Positions 1-10,952 of a DNA stretch of 64,000 nucleotides are shown piece after piece. The notes under the pieces are model-generated. The model was not told the DNA's origin. It was given only the letters and a program-made list of their open reading frames with translations, and ran no database searches. Source of the stretch: Lama glama (Eukaryota); NCBI GenBank assembly GCA_028534125.1, contig CM052816.1, positions 97,776,001 through 97,840,000 on the forward strand. Reading direction: 5' to 3'. The position numbers and the translations under genes are program-made. Each line of letters starts with the position of its first letter. Position 1 is the first letter of the stretch.

Positions 1-886
1 AGGTGTCAACACTGCCAGTGGATTAATTGCACCCTGGCATCGCTGTGCTCAAGAGCAGAATTCCACACAAAGCTTAGATCACATGCATATTCTCAGCTGC
101 ACTATCCATTGCAGATGTCTCTAGCATATTCTCATACCCAGGTCCCAAGAAATTGCTTTCTGTAGAACTCATTAGAGCCACTCTATATTCCAGCTAGAAG
201 AAGGAGACGTGCCCTGTGTCAATATCACACCCTGACTCAGCCCCCAGGGCCTCCAATTCCCTGAGCTTTTACATTCAAAATTACAAATTCCCTCTTGAGA
301 GAATCTCAATAGCACTACTGCCTGGCTCTAATAAATCAGCACTGGCTGTGAGCCAGGATCATATATCACAGACTGAGGGAGAGCATTGTGGCTGGACAGT
401 GAGGTGTGGGAGTGATGGACACAGAGCTGGCACTGTTGGGGATTGAGGAACAAACACACAGAAAGTTACAAAGGTTAACCTTGGACACCTTCTCAAAACT
501 AACCACTGGTATTTCTGCAGAATATTTCCCATGACTTCCCTAAGGTCCTTGAATCATAGTCTTAACAACTTTTCCATGTTCTTATGTTTCCTAAACACCC
601 TGTTGAGAAATCATCCTGATCAATTTGGAAGAGGGCAGAATAAATAACAGTAGAGAAAAGACCCTGCTCACAAAACCCTGGGGACAGACAAGTAAACAGG
701 CAACTTTTCTGTGATGAGGATTCCAAAGCCCTCAGCCAGGATGCCAGGGGAGCACAGAGAATCACAACTAACCACATCTCAGACATGAGGCTTCCCAAAA
801 GAAGTAACAGCTAACCTGTGCTTCAGGGAGAACAAGGAGAGTCACCCAGCAGAAGAATGCATGAGTTGTATATTGGTGATGGAGGT

Positions 887-1250
887 GTATTAGTTATCTA
901 TTGCTGTATAACAAATTACACCAAAACATAGCAACTTAAAGTCACAAACATTCATCATCTTTCAGTTTTTAGGGTCAGGACTCCAGTTGTATCTTAGCTG
1001 AGTCCCATTGATCAGGGTCTCTCACAGGTTGCAGTCATCTCAAGGCTCAACCGGAGAAAGATTTCCCCACTCACTTGATTGCTGGCAGGATTCTTTCCTT
1101 GTGGATTGTTGGTCAGAGGCTGTACTCAGGTCCTTGCCAACTGGGCTATTCCAATGGGAAGCTCAAAACATCGCAGCTGTTTTCCTCAAAGCAAGAGATA
1201 AGAAGAGTCAGAAAGAGCAAGATGGAAGTCATAGTCTCTTGAGAATCCAA
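887..1250 (-). mobile_element. MaLR (MLT1-type) LTR relic
   Basis: Begins tgtattagttatctattgctgtataacaaattac, the reverse complement of a typical MLT1 3' end; subfamily and right boundary uncertain. Confidence 0.65.
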
Positions 1251-1797
1251 TTTTCTCACAAGAAGTCAGTCCAGAGAAAATGGGAATGGATTGTGCTGCT
1301 AGTCCTCAGGTTGAAAAAGCAGGAAAAATGACCAAGATAGACTGAATCTAGTGGTAAGAACTGCAATTATGAAGAAAATAGTAAGAACATTTATGTAACT
1401 ATAATTTGTCTCTAAGTGATGTAATTGAATTAGAAGACTGTTAGCAAGGTGCAAGAGGCATTTCCCAACTTTGAAGATTCCTTGTCATGTGTCTTAAATG
1501 TTGTTAATAGGTATCATGAATTTAACATATTGAGAAGAAGAGTTGAGCTCAATTCTTATCAAACTGATAGAAAAAGTGCAGGTCCATTTTCCACAATTCA
1601 AATCCAGAGTGAAATCAGAAATTAGTATGTAAATGATGTTTGTTACTACAAGGGTAAAAGACTGTGCAACATGTGTTCTTGAAAAGTACACATTCCCAAA
1701 TGAATGCTTTGTTCATCTTATAAAGCTGAATTCATAAATACTTAGCATTGGATGTTTTATGTCAAATATAATCCACTACAGTTTAATTAGATTAGTT

Positions 1798-4459
1798 TAA
1801 TGACTGCTATACCAAAACACAGTAACTGCAAACAAAAAGTCTATAATAGATATACATACAAAAAAGAAAAAGGGATCCAAACATAACATTATAGTCACCA
1901 AATCACAAGAGAACAAAAGAAGAAAAGGAGGAAAAAGACCTGCAAAAACAAACACAAAACAACAAAATGGCAATACGAACATACATATCAATAATTACCT
2001 TAGATATAAACAGGCTAACGCTCTGACCAAAAGACACAGACTGGCTGAATGGATACAAAACTAAGACCTATTCATTTACTGCCTACAAGAGACTCATTTC
2101 AAATCTAGAGACACATACAGACTAAAAGTAAGGGGGTGAAAAAAGGTATTCTGTGCAAATGGAAGTTTTTTTAAAAAGCTGGAGTGTCAATATTTACACC
2201 AGACAAAATAGATTTTAAAATAAAGTTGGTTACAAGAGAAAAAGCAGGACACTACACAATGACACAATGATCAAGGAATCAATCCAAGAAGAAGATATAA
2301 CAAGTGTAAATATATATGCACCCAACAGAGCACCTCAATATTAAGGCAAATATTTACAAACATAAAAGGAAAAATTGACAATAATAGTAGGGGACTTTAA
2401 CATCCCACTTACACCAGTGGCAGATCATTCAGATAGAAAACCAGTAAAGAAACATAGACCTTAAATAACACATTAGATCAATTGGACTTCATTGACATTT
2501 ATAGAGTATTCCACCCAAATGCAGCAGAATGCACATTCTTTTCAAATGCACAAGGAACAGCCTCCAGGACAGATCACATAATAGGCCACAAAACAAGAGT
2601 TAGTAAATTTAAGAGAACGGAAATCATATCAGACATCTCTTCCAGCCACAATGCTATGAGACTACAAATAACTACAAAAAAATTGTTTTCAAAAACCAGA
2701 CACGTGGAGGCCAGAAAGTATGCTACTAAACAACCAATGGATCACTGAGGAAATCAATGATACCTAGCGATAAATGAAAATGAAAACATGACAAGTCAAA
2801 ACCGATGAGACTCAGCAAAAGCAATTCTCGGAGGGAAGTTTATAGCTATACAAGTTTACTTCAAGAAACAAGAAAAATCTCAAATAAACAAACTAAACTT
2901 ATACCTAAAGCAACTACAGAAAGAACAAACAAAACCCAAAGTTAGTAGAAGGAAAGAAATCATAAATTTATATTAGAGCAGAAATAAATGAAATAGAGAA
3001 TTAAAAAATAGAGAAGATCAATGAAACTAAAAGCTGGCTTTTTGAAAAGATAAACAAAATTGACAAACCTTTAGCCAGATTATTGAGAAAAAAAGGGAGA
3101 GAGCCCAAGTCAATAAAAATCAGAAATGGAAAAGGAGAAGTTACAACTGACACCATCTTAGTACAAAAGATCCCAAGAGGCTGCTGCAAGCAACCATACA
3201 CCAATAAAATGGACAACCTAGAAGAAATGGACATATTCTTGGAAAGCTACAATCTCCCAAGACTGAACCAGAAGGAAATAGAAAATATGAACAGACCAAT
3301 TACCAGGACTGAAACTGAATCAGTAACTTTAAAATTCCCAACAAACAAAAGTCCAGGACTAGATGGTTCACAGGTGAATTCTACCAAACGTTTAGAGAAG
3401 AGTTAACATATATCCTTCTGAAACTATTCCAAAAAACTGAAGAAGAAGAAGGAAGACTTCAAACCCATTCTATGAGTACACCAGCACTGACAGCAAAACA
3501 AAAATATTACAAAAAAAGGAAAATTACAGGCCAGTATCACTGATGAACATAGATGCAAAATACTAGCCAGCCAAATCCAACAATATATTAGAGGGATCAT
3601 GCTGCCATGATCAAGTGCAATTTATCCCAGGTGTGCAAGAATTTTTCAATATCCACAAACCACACAATGTGATACACCACATTAGCAAACTGAAAAATAA
3701 AAACCATGTGACTATCTCCATAGATGTAGAAAAAGCTCTTAATAAAATTCAATATCCATTTATGATAAAAATTCTCCAGAAAGTGGGCACAGAGGGGACA
3801 TACCTCAACATAATAAAGACTACGTATGACAAGCCCACAGCTGACATTCACTGAATGGTGAAAAGCTGAAAGCATTTCCTCTAAGATCAGAAACAAGACA
3901 AGGATGCCCACTCTTGCCAATTTTACTCAACATAGTTTTGGAAGTCATAGCCGCAGCAATCAGAGAAAAAATAAATAAATAAAAGGAATCTAAATTGGAA
4001 AAGGGGAAGTGAAACTGTCACTATTTGCCAATGGCATGATACAAGACATAGAAAATCCTAAAGATGCTGCCGGAAAACTACTAGAGCTCACTGATGAACT
4101 CGGTAAAGGCGCAGAATACAAAATTAATACCCAGAAGTCTGTTGCATTTCTATACACTAACAACAACATACCAGAAGAAGAAATTAAGAAGACCATCTCA
4201 TTCACCATCACATCAAAAAGAATAAAATACCTAGGAATAAACCTACCTAAAGAGGAAAAAGACTGTACTCTGAAAACTATAAGATGCTGGTGAAAGGAAT
4301 TGAAGACGACATAAACAGATGGAAAGATATACCATGTCCTTGGATTGAAAGACACAAAATTGTTAAAATGGCCATACTACCCAAGGCAATATACAGACTT
4401 AATGCAATCCCCATCAAATTACCAATGGCATTTTTCACAGAACTGGAACAAAAAAAATT
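1798..4459 (+). mobile_element. LINE-1 fragment: inter-ORF spacer plus disrupted ORF2 (endonuclease and RT domains)
   Basis: ORF2 ATG at 1967 (MAIRTYISIITLDIN...KRHRLAEWIQ...YCLQETHF), later [11 protein letters not shown] and SLFANGMI (4030-4035: the catalytic DD of FADD is mutated to NG), ending FFTELEQK. Many stops and frameshifts, so inactive. Confidence 0.95.
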
Positions 4460-4468
4460 TAATTTTTA

Positions 4469-4506
4469 GTTATACATGTATGTATGTATGTATGTGTGTG
4501 TGTGTA

Positions 4507-4540
<34 letters not shown>

Positions 4541-4580
4541 ACTATATATATATAGTTATATAAATGTATATATTTATATA
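4469..4580. repeat. Compound (TATG)n(TG)n(TA)n(CA)n microsatellite
   Basis: Directly visible alternating purine/pyrimidine tract. Confidence 0.95.
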
Positions 4581-4640
4581 ACTGAGTCTAACCTGAAACT
4601 AACACAACATTGTAAAACAACTATACTTCAAGTAAAAAAA
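4578..4640 (+). mobile_element. L1 extreme 3' end with short A tail
   Basis: cctgaaactaacacaacattgtaaaacaactatacttcaagtaaaaaaa resembles the L1 terminus at 32085-32150 in this window. Confidence 0.7.
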
Positions 4641-5489
4641 TGTTTTTTAAAAGAGTAAAGCTGGGAATCAAAAGTCAATTCAGGCCTGGTTTAAAACAAC
4701 CAGTGGCAAGTGTTTAACATTGCAGCTGCCCAAGGGGACAAACAAGAGACTAGCCAAAAAACTTAAGAGGAAGATTTGGGGAATAACTTTGTCTGTGTCC
4801 AGGAAAGACCTGACGAGACCCTAATGCTACCTCCACCTGATCCAAAGGCCCTACACCAGCAAGAAGTGAAACACAGTTACAGTGCATCCTAAGAAACAGG
4901 GACGTGTGGCCCTATACACAGGGAGAAAAGCATTAAATAGAAACTGTCCCTAGGCAAAAAAAATCAATTCAAGCCAGTTTAATACAGAGTTGTTCTGTTT
5001 ATGGAGCTTCAGAAGAAATGGTAAAGATAGTGCTTAAAATTGTGTTTATAAACTTATAAATTACAATTATTACTCCTAAATCAGTTTACACAATTTTTTC
5101 CCAATCATAATGGAAAAGGAAAATGTTTCTATGCAAAGAAATTGGCCTCATATCTTGCTCATTCCCATAACAATATTAAAGCACTTCCGTTCAGAAGTCA
5201 TAAAAGACAGATAAATACACGGCAGAAAGCAAACAATAATAACAATAATTCTATGCAGTAAAGCCCAAAGTTATAAAACAAATGGGGAGCTAGAAAAATA
5301 CCTGCAACTTATTTCACAAACAAAAGTTTTTATCTTCTTAATACATAATGAGTTGCAATAAATCTTTAAGAAAAAAAGCCAACAATGCAATAGGAAAAAA
5401 TGAGCACAGTATATAATAAAAGAGTTTACAGAACAAGAAACGTAAATGATTCTGAAACATATGAAAAATTTCTCCAATCTATCCTTCCA

Positions 5490-5890
5490 TTTCTCACTCA
5501 AAACTTGGAACCACCCTGACTCTTTTCTTTCGCTTCCCCTCATCATATTTAATATGTCAATGTCCTATTGACTCTGTCTTCTGAAAGGATCTGAAATGTT
5601 ACCCACTTCTCACCATCATGACCTTTGCTTGGATTCCTGCAACTCCTAATTGAATCCTCTTTTTCCATACTTGTTCTTTGTACTATTCCTCATGAGGCAA
5701 GCAACGTAACCCTTTTTAAATGTAACCCTATATTGGTTTCCCAACTCAGAGTCAAAGCCAAAGCCCAGTGGCTCCAAAGCCCAAACATCTGACCCCCAAC
5801 AACCTCTCTAACCTCCTTTCTTATCACACTGCCCCCCACTGCTCTCACTCCTACCGTCCTGGCCTCCTTGCTCTCCCTCAAGCATGACGT
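5490..5890 (+). mobile_element. L2 LINE relic (probably continues at ~6560-6724 after an LTR insertion)
   Basis: Pyrimidine-rich L2-like 3' motifs such as cccacttctcaccatc, tcctggcctccttgct and gtctcctctgcctaaaatgt. Confidence 0.55.
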
Positions 5891-5925
5891 GGAAGATTTC
5901 CCCAAAGGTGGCAGCAGCAATATCG

Positions 5926-6425
5926 CCGGTGGTGGTGAATTTTGTCTGTCAACTTGGCCAAGCTATGATACCCAGATATCTGGTCAAACTCCAGCTTAGA
6001 TATGACCTCATTTCTCCCGTGCCCCTCCCCTGGGTGTGTGCCTACTCTGATCAACAGACTATGAATTCTGAGATTAGGTCATAAAAACCCTTCAGCTTCC
6101 ACCAGTGCTCTTGGAACATCTGATCGCAGAGTGCTCTTCCTCAGAAGCTCCCCACTGAGCTGGAGGAAGCCCAAGTGTTACAGAGGGGCCACATGGAGGC
6201 ACCCTGCTTGACAGTCCCCCTGAGCCCCGCTGTCAGGTCCCCCTAGCCCAGGTGCCAACGTGTGAGCAAAGAGGCCTCCGATAATCTCAGCTTTTGACCT
6301 CAAGTTAGCCCAACTACTCAAGCTCCCCAGTTGAGGCCCCCAGCTCCAAGGAGCAAGAGAAACATCCCCACTGTGGCTGTCCAAATTCCTGACCCACAGA
6401 ATCCACAGCATAACCAAGTGATTTT
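5926..6425 (+). mobile_element. MLT2/MLT1-type LTR relics
   Basis: MLT2-like start (ggtgaattttgtctgtcaacttggccaagctatgatacccagat) followed by MLT1-like motifs (gccacatggagg, aaattcctgacccacagaatc). Confidence 0.55.
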
Positions 6426-6724
6426 GGCGCAGATGCCAAGCTCGTCTCCAAGCCGCTATGCCTGCTGCCCTATCTTCCTGGATAGTCTCCCTGGAATCCC
6501 ACATGGCTCTCTCCTTACTGCCCCCATCAGGGCTTTGCAGTAATGGCAACTACTCAGGGGTCCTTCCCTCACCCTCACTGAAAGCTGCAAGCCATCCCCC
6601 CTCCCCCACACTCTTTAGCTCCCTTCCCTGATTTCTTTGTCTTCATAGGACTTATTACCATCTTATATTTCCCATATTTACTTCTCCTTTGCCTGTCTCC
6701 TCTGCCTAAAATGTTCACTTCTTG

Positions 6725-7224
6725 NNNNNNNNNNNNNNNNNNNNNNNNNNNNNNNNNNNNNNNNNNNNNNNNNNNNNNNNNNNNNNNNNNNNNNNNNNNN
6801 NNNNNNNNNNNNNNNNNNNNNNNNNNNNNNNNNNNNNNNNNNNNNNNNNNNNNNNNNNNNNNNNNNNNNNNNNNNNNNNNNNNNNNNNNNNNNNNNNNNN
6901 NNNNNNNNNNNNNNNNNNNNNNNNNNNNNNNNNNNNNNNNNNNNNNNNNNNNNNNNNNNNNNNNNNNNNNNNNNNNNNNNNNNNNNNNNNNNNNNNNNNN
7001 NNNNNNNNNNNNNNNNNNNNNNNNNNNNNNNNNNNNNNNNNNNNNNNNNNNNNNNNNNNNNNNNNNNNNNNNNNNNNNNNNNNNNNNNNNNNNNNNNNNN
7101 NNNNNNNNNNNNNNNNNNNNNNNNNNNNNNNNNNNNNNNNNNNNNNNNNNNNNNNNNNNNNNNNNNNNNNNNNNNNNNNNNNNNNNNNNNNNNNNNNNNN
7201 NNNNNNNNNNNNNNNNNNNNNNNN
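6725..7224. other. Assembly gap (500 N)
   Basis: Run of N. Confidence 1.
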
Positions 7225-7439
7225 TTATTATTAAAAGATAATCTTGCCTCTCATTTTCCCATCAATAAAAATTCAGATCTTCTTTATTCATCACTTGGAT
7301 TTCCTAGAATTGTCATTTCCATTAAAGCACTGGGGGAAAATTGAGTAAGATTGTTCGGTATGTTACTCCTGAAATAGCTTGGCATTTTCGCTCCGAGAAT
7401 GAGTCTCCTTGCTGGCTCCGCTCTTCCTGTGTGAATTAG

Positions 7440-8218
7440 CGCCCTGGGGCCGCTGTGACAGCGCACCCCGCACCGCTGTGTTTGTCACGGAACCTGATAC
7501 TCCCACAGTCTGGAGGCCAGGGGTCTGAGATGAAGGTGTCGGCAGGGCTGGTTCCTTTTGAGACTTGAGGCTGAAGCTGTTCCAGGCCTCTCCCCGCCTC
7601 CTGGCAGCATCAGGATCTTCATCTGCTCGGGTGGCCGTGGGAAAATATCGCAGGCCAGGCACGTTGAACTACAGACGCTCCTTCTCGCACGGCTGCGGAG
7701 GCCAGAAGTCCATGATCAAGGCATCAGCGAGCGCGGCTTCTGGGGAGGGCTCCCTTCTGGCTCTCAGACCCTCGCCGTCTTTCTGTGTCCTAACGGGGCC
7801 GAGAGAGAGCTCTGGGACCCCTTCCTGTTCTCATAAGGACAGCAGCCCCATACCCTAGGACCTCTTGATTGACCCCACCTCCAAATGCAGTCACATTGGC
7901 GGGTTAGGGCTTCAACACATGCGTCTGAGGGAGACACAACTCAGTCGGAAACAAACGGCAATCTTCGGCCTCCTTTGCCTTGTGTAAGTGCGCCCTGCTC
8001 TCTGCCCCCACGTCCCGGCGGCGTTCTCCCTCCGTGTCTGTGCCCAGACCTCCCTCCTTTTGTAAGGACACCAGCCACAGTGGCCAAAGGCCCATCCTAG
8101 TGACCTCATTGTAACACGATCATCTGCAAAGACCTAATTTCCATATAAGGTCACATTTCGAGGTACTGGGGATGAGGACTTCAGTACACGAATGTGGGGA
8201 CACAATTCAACCCATGAC
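7440..8218 (-). mobile_element. Cluster of MLT1-type (MaLR) LTR relics
   Basis: Motifs cacagtctggaggccag, gcagtcacattgg-gggttagggcttcaacacatg and aaggtcacattt-gaggtactgggg...gacacaattcaacccatgaca. Confidence 0.65.
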
Positions 8219-8629
8219 ACCACGACCTTGAGGCTGGCCCTGAGTCCCTCTCCCGTCCTCACACCCTTAGGCCTCCTGTTGCCTGACTAACTGCCTAAAA
8301 TTCCACTTTGCACGTGTGATTCTTAATCAGAAACCTCGAGTGGTTCTTAGAACGCTGAGAATGAGCCAACCCCCTCAGCCCTGGCATCCGAAGTTCCCTC
8401 CCGGTCCCCTTGCTGCTGCTCCAGGAGGACTGGGTTTTGAGGGACACCACAGGCTTGGCTGTCCCGCCATCCTGGCTGCTCCTCTGCATGTGCAGCTCAG
8501 CTTGTGAGCGGAGCGCCTTCTCCAGCTGCCGGGGGCTCATGGATGATGTGGTGTTGGGGCTCACACTGGGAAAACGGACAGCAAGGTGGTCCTGGAGTCA
8601 GGGGACAGATGTTCACGCACGGCCCCACT

Positions 8630-8770
8630 GACTTCTGGCTGTGACCTCAGCATGGTGGTGGCGCCTCTCTAAGCCTCAGTCTCCTGATCTGTAAACCATC
8701 CCTGCTCCCACCTTGGGGGGTTGTGCATAAATGCACACAGAGCTCTTAAGACAGTGCACAGTGAACTGCT
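8630..8770 (+). mobile_element. MIR SINE relic
   Basis: MIR core ctgtgacct...ctctctaagcctcagtctcctgatctgtaaa. Confidence 0.6.
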
Positions 8771-8849
8771 CTTGCCTCCCAGACACGCCACATGCACTCC
8801 TGTCCCCACAACTGTCACCCCTGGAGAACTCCTGGCTGCCTGACCCCTT

Positions 8850-9105
8850 CTCACCATCAGGGTCTACGCCTCAGAGAGGCCGTCTTGGTCGACCCAGCTG
8901 ACTACCCGCCTCCCCCATCATTCCTTACCCCCTACACTGTCCTATTTTCTTAGCATCTGAAATCACATTGTTTACTCTTGACGTGTTTATGGTCTGTCTC
9001 CCCAGTAAAGCTTCAAGTTTCATGAGATTTGGCTCCTTTCCTGTGCCCCTCACCGCTGCACACTCAGCACCCAGCAGAGCTCATGGCAGAATAAGTGAAA
9101 GAATG
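8850..9105 (+). mobile_element. L2 3' end relic
   Basis: tgtttatggtctgtctccccagtaaagctt...cagcacccagcaga...gaataagtgaaagaatg. Confidence 0.55.
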
Positions 9106-10806
9106 TCCCCAGGAGAACAGCTGCTCCAAGACCCTCGTGGCCTTGACTCTTCCATGACGCAGCTCTGCTGTGACCCCACACCAGCTACCCCTCCTTCCTC
9201 TGAAGCTCTGGGACATTCAGCCCTGACGCTTTGCATGTGGCTCTCTTTCTAACCAGACTGCAGGTCACGAGTTGACCAGGCGTTCTGTCTCTCTGAGTTG
9301 CTACTGCTCAGCTCAGTGCCTCCGGCCCTGTGAATTCAGGTGAGAGCTGCTGGGGAAGGATGCTGGCACCCCGCTTCTCTGTTCCCGGGATCCCCGAGCT
9401 GTTCCCCCCGACTGTAGAGATGAGTGGACATGGTGCACACTGCTCTCGGAGTCCCCCACCCTCACTGGAGGGGCGCCTGGAAGCGTGGAAGCTGCATTGG
9501 GGACCCCAGGCCCCCCATGATCGCTCTGGGCAATGAAAAGAGAGGGAGACCCCGACCCCACCCATAGCCATGTCAGCTCTGCCTGCCGCCCCTCCCCCAG
9601 GGCCCCTGCCTCCCTCACCTGTTGCTCTACGCTGTCCTCACCATCACCATCCTTGACGCCTGCGGCCCCAAGTCACCCCTATGCTGCCATCCTCATGGCC
9701 TCTTCCCTCGAAGTCTGGCTTCAGACCCATCTTCTACAAGAACCTGACACACACACTGCCTTTCTGTGACAGGGGAGGGGGGTAGCCAGCTGGGTCATCC
9801 AAGACAGCCCCTCTGAGGAACAGACCCTGATGTGAGAAGGGGTCAGGCAGCCGAGAGAGTTCTCCAGGGACGGCAGGGCCTCAGCGTCCTCACCCCCCCG
9901 CCACGGACCGATGACCTACTGACTAATGTCTGCGTGTCTCCTCTCCCAGCGGGGCTGCAAACCCTGGAGACCTGTGCCCTCCTCCCAGGCTACGAGGATG
10001 CACCAAGGATGCCAAGCACGCAGCCAGCTGGCTTCCTGCTCCGCGCATGGGTTTCCTGGGTAATTGCATCGCTTGCCTGAGAGGCGAAGATCACGCACGT
10101 CCTCCCATCACTTTGGTCTGCTGAGTAATTCTCCCCAGCGGTGAGTCACTTCCCAGCGAAGCTCAGAGCCTGATCAGCAGCCGCAGCTCCAGCGCCGTGA
10201 TGAATATGGAAAAGGCTCAGCCTCAGGCCTAATGAGCAGTGAGACAGAGAGCCCTTCAGCTGCACCTTTGAGAAGTGAATTAGCACTTAAAGGTGAGTGA
10301 CCAGCCCTCTGCTAATGCATCCCCGGTTCTGCTCTGACCCCGCAGTTACGTCAGGGGGTCTATAATTTATGTTCCACGGCCACCTGCAGACCTTGTCCTG
10401 ACCTTCACGTAAATCAGAGAACCACAAAACTCCCTTCAGTGAATAAAGGGAAATGCAATTGAAACCTTTTGCAGGAAGTCCTGAAAAATGGGAAGCTCCT
10501 GAAATAACCTTAATGGAGATATGGTTCAGCCCTCCATCCCCTATGCACCCGGGAACCAAATCTCTCCCCCCAGAAAAACCAAGATGCTGGTATGATTTGA
10601 GGAAAACCACTTCCTAATTGGCTTTGACCAAAAATAAAGAGAGAGGACCCTGCAAGCACACTGTGTTTCTTTGACTTCAAGACAGTGTCACCTTGGAAGC
10701 CGCCCACACCACACCTGGATGGACTTGCCTGGATCCAGCCGCCTTCTGACTGCGAGTATCTCATGTAACAGAGGCCTTTTCTCTTTTCTTGATGATTCAA
10801 GACCAT

Positions 10807-10952
10807 GGGGGAGATATGGCTCAGTGGTAGAGTGCGTACCTAGCATACGTGAGGGCCTGGGTTCAATCCCCAGTACCTCCATTAATAAAATAAGCAAATA
10901 AATAAACCAAATTACCCCCCCCAAGAAAAACAACAAAAAAGAAAACCAAAAA
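10807..10952 (+). mobile_element. tRNA-Ala-derived camelid-type SINE (Vic-1-like)
   Basis: Head ggggagatatggctcagtggtagagtgcgtacctagcatacgtgagggcctgggttcaatccccagtacctcca resembles tRNA-Ala; A box ~10817-10827, B box 10860-10869; followed by an AT-rich body and A-rich tail. Confidence 0.85.

Noticed and set aside
10807..10881. Possible tRNA-Ala gene
   Set aside because: Followed by a SINE body and A-rich tail rather than an oligo-T terminator, and a homologous diverged copy occurs at 53368-53496.
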